Assembly: GCA_965213705.1 (NCBI GenBank)
Contig: OZ243913.1
Location: 3,936,001-4,000,000, forward strand
Source: Trueperaceae bacterium
GTDB lineage: Bacteria > Deinococcota > Deinococci > Deinococcales > Trueperaceae
Direction: 5' to 3'
Length of the DNA stretch: 64,000 nucleotides
The position numbers and the translations under genes are program-made. Positions 61,424-64,000 of the stretch are shown piece by piece (the stretch's first letter is position 1; each line of letters begins with the position of its first letter). Under the pieces are notes generated by a model, which was not told the DNA's origin, did no database searches, and saw only the letters and a list, made by a program, of their open reading frames with translations.

Positions 61424-61918
61424 GTGAGGTACGGGCGCTATTTTCTAGCCATCTTGAGGCACAAACGCCGCGTGCTAAAACAGTGCTGGCTCGAGGGCCT
61501 CTACTGGCAAGGCTTGACCCACGACTTATCAAAATTTTTGCCCGACGAGTTTTTCGGTTCAGCCCTCTTTTTCGAGGGTGCCGGCTTGACGGACGAACAG
61601 CGGGAAAGAGCGCAAGTCGGGCTTCTCAAGCACTACCACCGCAACCCGCACCACCCCGAACACTGGCTGCTCAAGCCGGGCCGCGTCCTGCCGATGCCGC
61701 GGCGTTACTTGCTCGAGCTGCTCTGCGACTGGCGCGCCTTGGCGGATAACCCGGAGAGCGTTAAAGCGTGGTACGTGCAAAACAGAGACGAGTTCGTCTT
61801 TCACCCGGAGACGCGCGCCGAACTCGAAACGCTGCTCCAGGTGGCGCCGGCACGCCCGGCGACCGACGCCGACCGGACAAGCCGGGGGCGTGAAAAACGC
61901 AACACCCAACCCAAATGA
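61424..61918 (+). CDS. DUF5662-like HD-domain protein
   Basis: HK...HDLSKF..DEF, HYHRNPHHPEHW, CDW. Confidence 0.7.
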   Translation: MRYGRYFLAILRHKRRVLKQCWLEGLYWQGLTHDLSKFLPDEFFGSALFFEGAGLTDEQRERAQVGLLKHYHRNPHHPEHWLLKPGRVLPMPRRYLLELLCDWRALADNPESVKAWYVQNRDEFVFHPETRAELETLLQVAPARPATDADRTSRGREKRNTQPK

Positions 61919-62106
61919 GGTCAAACTAATAGGAAACTTATCCTAAGCGATTATAGTGACTTGATGCTTTGCGGTCCAACACCGGCCAATTCGCCCACTA
62001 CCGTTTTTGAAGACGCGAAGCTCGTCTTTTGCGAGGGGCTGCCGCGAGCAGAGTTGCCACGAGCACAGTTGCCACAAGCACAGTTGCCACGAACGAGTAG
62101 ACGCCG

Positions 62107-63828
62107 GTGAGGACCGCCGACATCAAACAGGCCGCAGGGCAGCCGCAAGAACGGAGTGGGCTCAACCGGCACGTGCGCGACCTGCTCGAGACCGACCTGG
62201 AGTTGGCCGCAACAATGGTTCAAGAACTGCTCGAGCACCTGCCCGAGGCCGACCTGTACAACCGCGCCCAGGCACTCCGGACCTTGGGCGTCGTCCAGGT
62301 CAAAGCAGGCAACTACACCGCCGCTCAAAAAACCTTGCGGCAAGCCCTGAGCTTGAGCCAGGCCGCCTACGACCCCGCAACGCAAGCCGATATTTACACG
62401 CACCTGTCGTCAAGCGCTTACTTTTTGAACGACTTCGAGGCGGCGCTGTCTCACGCTATCAAGGGATTAGAAGCCAGCCGCGAAGCCGGCTCTAAACTCA
62501 ACGAGGCTTTTGCGCTTCACAACATCGGCTGGGTGTACGACAACTTCGGGCTGCACAAAGACGCGCTCGACAGTTTTAGCGCCGAACTCGCTATTTTAGA
62601 AGAGCACGGCGTCGGCGGCACTCGCAAAGCGCGCGTTCTGAACGCGGTCGGCATGGGTTACAGGCGTTTGGGCGACCACGGCCGGGCGACGACCTACCTG
62701 GAGTCGTCGCTGGCGCTGGCACACCAACTCGGCGACCTGCGCTCGCAAGCGCTGGCGCTTGGCAACTTGGGTGTGGTGAGAGAGGACTTGGAACAACCCG
62801 AGGCGGCGCTGCGTTACTACGAAGACAGCATCACCTTGTACCTGAGCGCCGACGACCCTTACGAGCTGGCGCGGCAGTACACCCACATGGGTAAAACTTT
62901 GTTGGGTTTGGCGCTTGACGGCGAAGCCAGGAGCGCCTTTACGCAAAGCCTGGTCCACTTGCAGCGCGCGCCCAACGTGTCCTTAAAAATCGACGTGCTG
63001 CTGAACCTGAGCGAACTCGCCAAACGCCAGGGCGAGGCTCAGTCCGAGCTGGAACGCCTGAACAACGCCTTGCAACTGGTCGACCAAGAAATGGCCCCCG
63101 CCGACGCCTACCGCGTCCACAAAGCGCTCGCGGACCTTTACAAAGCGCGCGGCGAGGCGGAACGAGCCCTCGAGCATTTCGAGACGTTTCACGGTTTGCA
63201 AGAGCGGGTGCGGCGCGAGGCCGAGCTGCGTAAAACCAAGGGTTTGCTGCTCCAGTTCGACGTCGAACGTTTGGAGTTCGAGCGGGAAATGTACCGTTTG
63301 AAACACGTCGAACTGGCACGGGCCTACGCGCAGCTCGAAGAAGTGAGCGTCCGCGACCCGCTGACCAACCTGCACAACCGCCGGTTCTTGGCCCAACAAC
63401 TCGCGCAAGAGGTCGAGCGGGCCAAACGCTACGACAGGCCGCTGAGCCTTATGCTTTGCGACATCGACAACTTTAAGCAAGTCAACGACACCTTTTCACA
63501 CGCCGTCGGTGACGAGGTCTTGAAAGCTGTTGCCGACCTGCTGAAAAGCCGCACGCGCACTTCCGACCTCAAAGCCAGGTTCGGCGGCGAAGAACTCGTC
63601 GCCGTCTTCCCAGAAACCTCGCTCCAAGACGCCGTGTCGCTGTGCGAGGCAATGCGCCGCGCCGCCGAGAGCTACGACTGGGCGGGGCTGCACCCCGACT
63701 TGCGCGTCACTTTGAGCGTAGGCGTCGCCCAACTGCGCCCCGAAGACACCCCGGACAGTCTGCTGCGCGTCGCCGACGACCGCATGTACGAAGCTAAAAA
63801 AGCGGGCAAAAACAGGGTGTGCCGCTAG
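62107..63828 (+). CDS. TPR-repeat diguanylate cyclase
   Basis: TPRs; DPLTNLHNRR, DIDNFKQVND, RTSD..RFGGEEL. Confidence 0.92.
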   Translation: MRTADIKQAAGQPQERSGLNRHVRDLLETDLELAATMVQELLEHLPEADLYNRAQALRTLGVVQVKAGNYTAAQKTLRQALSLSQAAYDPATQADIYTHLSSSAYFLNDFEAALSHAIKGLEASREAGSKLNEAFALHNIGWVYDNFGLHKDALDSFSAELAILEEHGVGGTRKARVLNAVGMGYRRLGDHGRATTYLESSLALAHQLGDLRSQALALGNLGVVREDLEQPEAALRYYEDSITLYLSADDPYELARQYTHMGKTLLGLALDGEARSAFTQSLVHLQRAPNVSLKIDVLLNLSELAKRQGEAQSELERLNNALQLVDQEMAPADAYRVHKALADLYKARGEAERALEHFETFHGLQERVRREAELRKTKGLLLQFDVERLEFEREMYRLKHVELARAYAQLEEVSVRDPLTNLHNRRFLAQQLAQEVERAKRYDRPLSLMLCDIDNFKQVNDTFSHAVGDEVLKAVADLLKSRTRTSDLKARFGGEELVAVFPETSLQDAVSLCEAMRRAAESYDWAGLHPDLRVTLSVGVAQLRPEDTPDSLLRVADDRMYEAKKAGKNRVCR

Positions 63829-63906
63829 ACCCCGTGTAAGAATTTTGTAAGAACTCTTTGTTACCCTTTTCACACAACACCGTGAGAGGTGGAGAGGGTG
63901 ACGCAG

Positions 63907-64000
63907 ATGCAACAAACCTACCGAGCAGTTTCCACTTTACCCGAGCGCTTTTCGCTCGTGCCGACCGGCAGCGGCGCGCTGCGAGTGATGCACGCGGCGC
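63907..64000 (+). CDS. 5' end of an ORF running off the window
   Basis: ATG after GGAGAGGG; open to the window edge. Confidence 0.35.
   Translation, partial: MQQTYRAVSTLPERFSLVPTGSGALRVMHAA

Overview
GC-rich bacterial chromosomal window; the gene content suggests Deinococcota, possibly Truepera-like (inference only). Most of it is ordinary metabolic and housekeeping DNA: paaH-like, mutS2, tRNA-fMet, P450, LOG, xylose-type ABC transporter, lepB, MATE, GGT and two TPR-GGDEF cyclases. The main accessory region is a defence island at about 5.2-17.5 kb. It holds a PLD-nuclease/SNF2-helicase gene split by an IS1 element (8-bp target duplication) and a Type IIG/Eco57I-like N6-adenine methyltransferase. 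The methyltransferase is interrupted by a TAG at the centre of a perfect 19-bp palindrome; flipping the 2-nt loop would restore the frame. Its 3' tail (ELYDLTDEEI...) occurs three times in direct orientation. Each copy is followed by different cargo: RelE plus two antitoxins, a Schlafen/RecG-C regulator, and a toxin-antitoxin-SecB (TAC) module. This looks like a cassette array built on the methyltransferase 3' end and is the best candidate for an undescribed system. Other notable items are an ulaG/ulaD cluster with an ABC transporter and kinase instead of a PTS, a ThDP E1 + free lipoyl domain + cupin + TRAP operon lacking E2/E3, a REP-like palindrome family (one doublet in frame inside the methyltransferase), strong CTCGAG over-representation and several templated-mutation scars. 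All calls come from reading the sequence; no searches were run.
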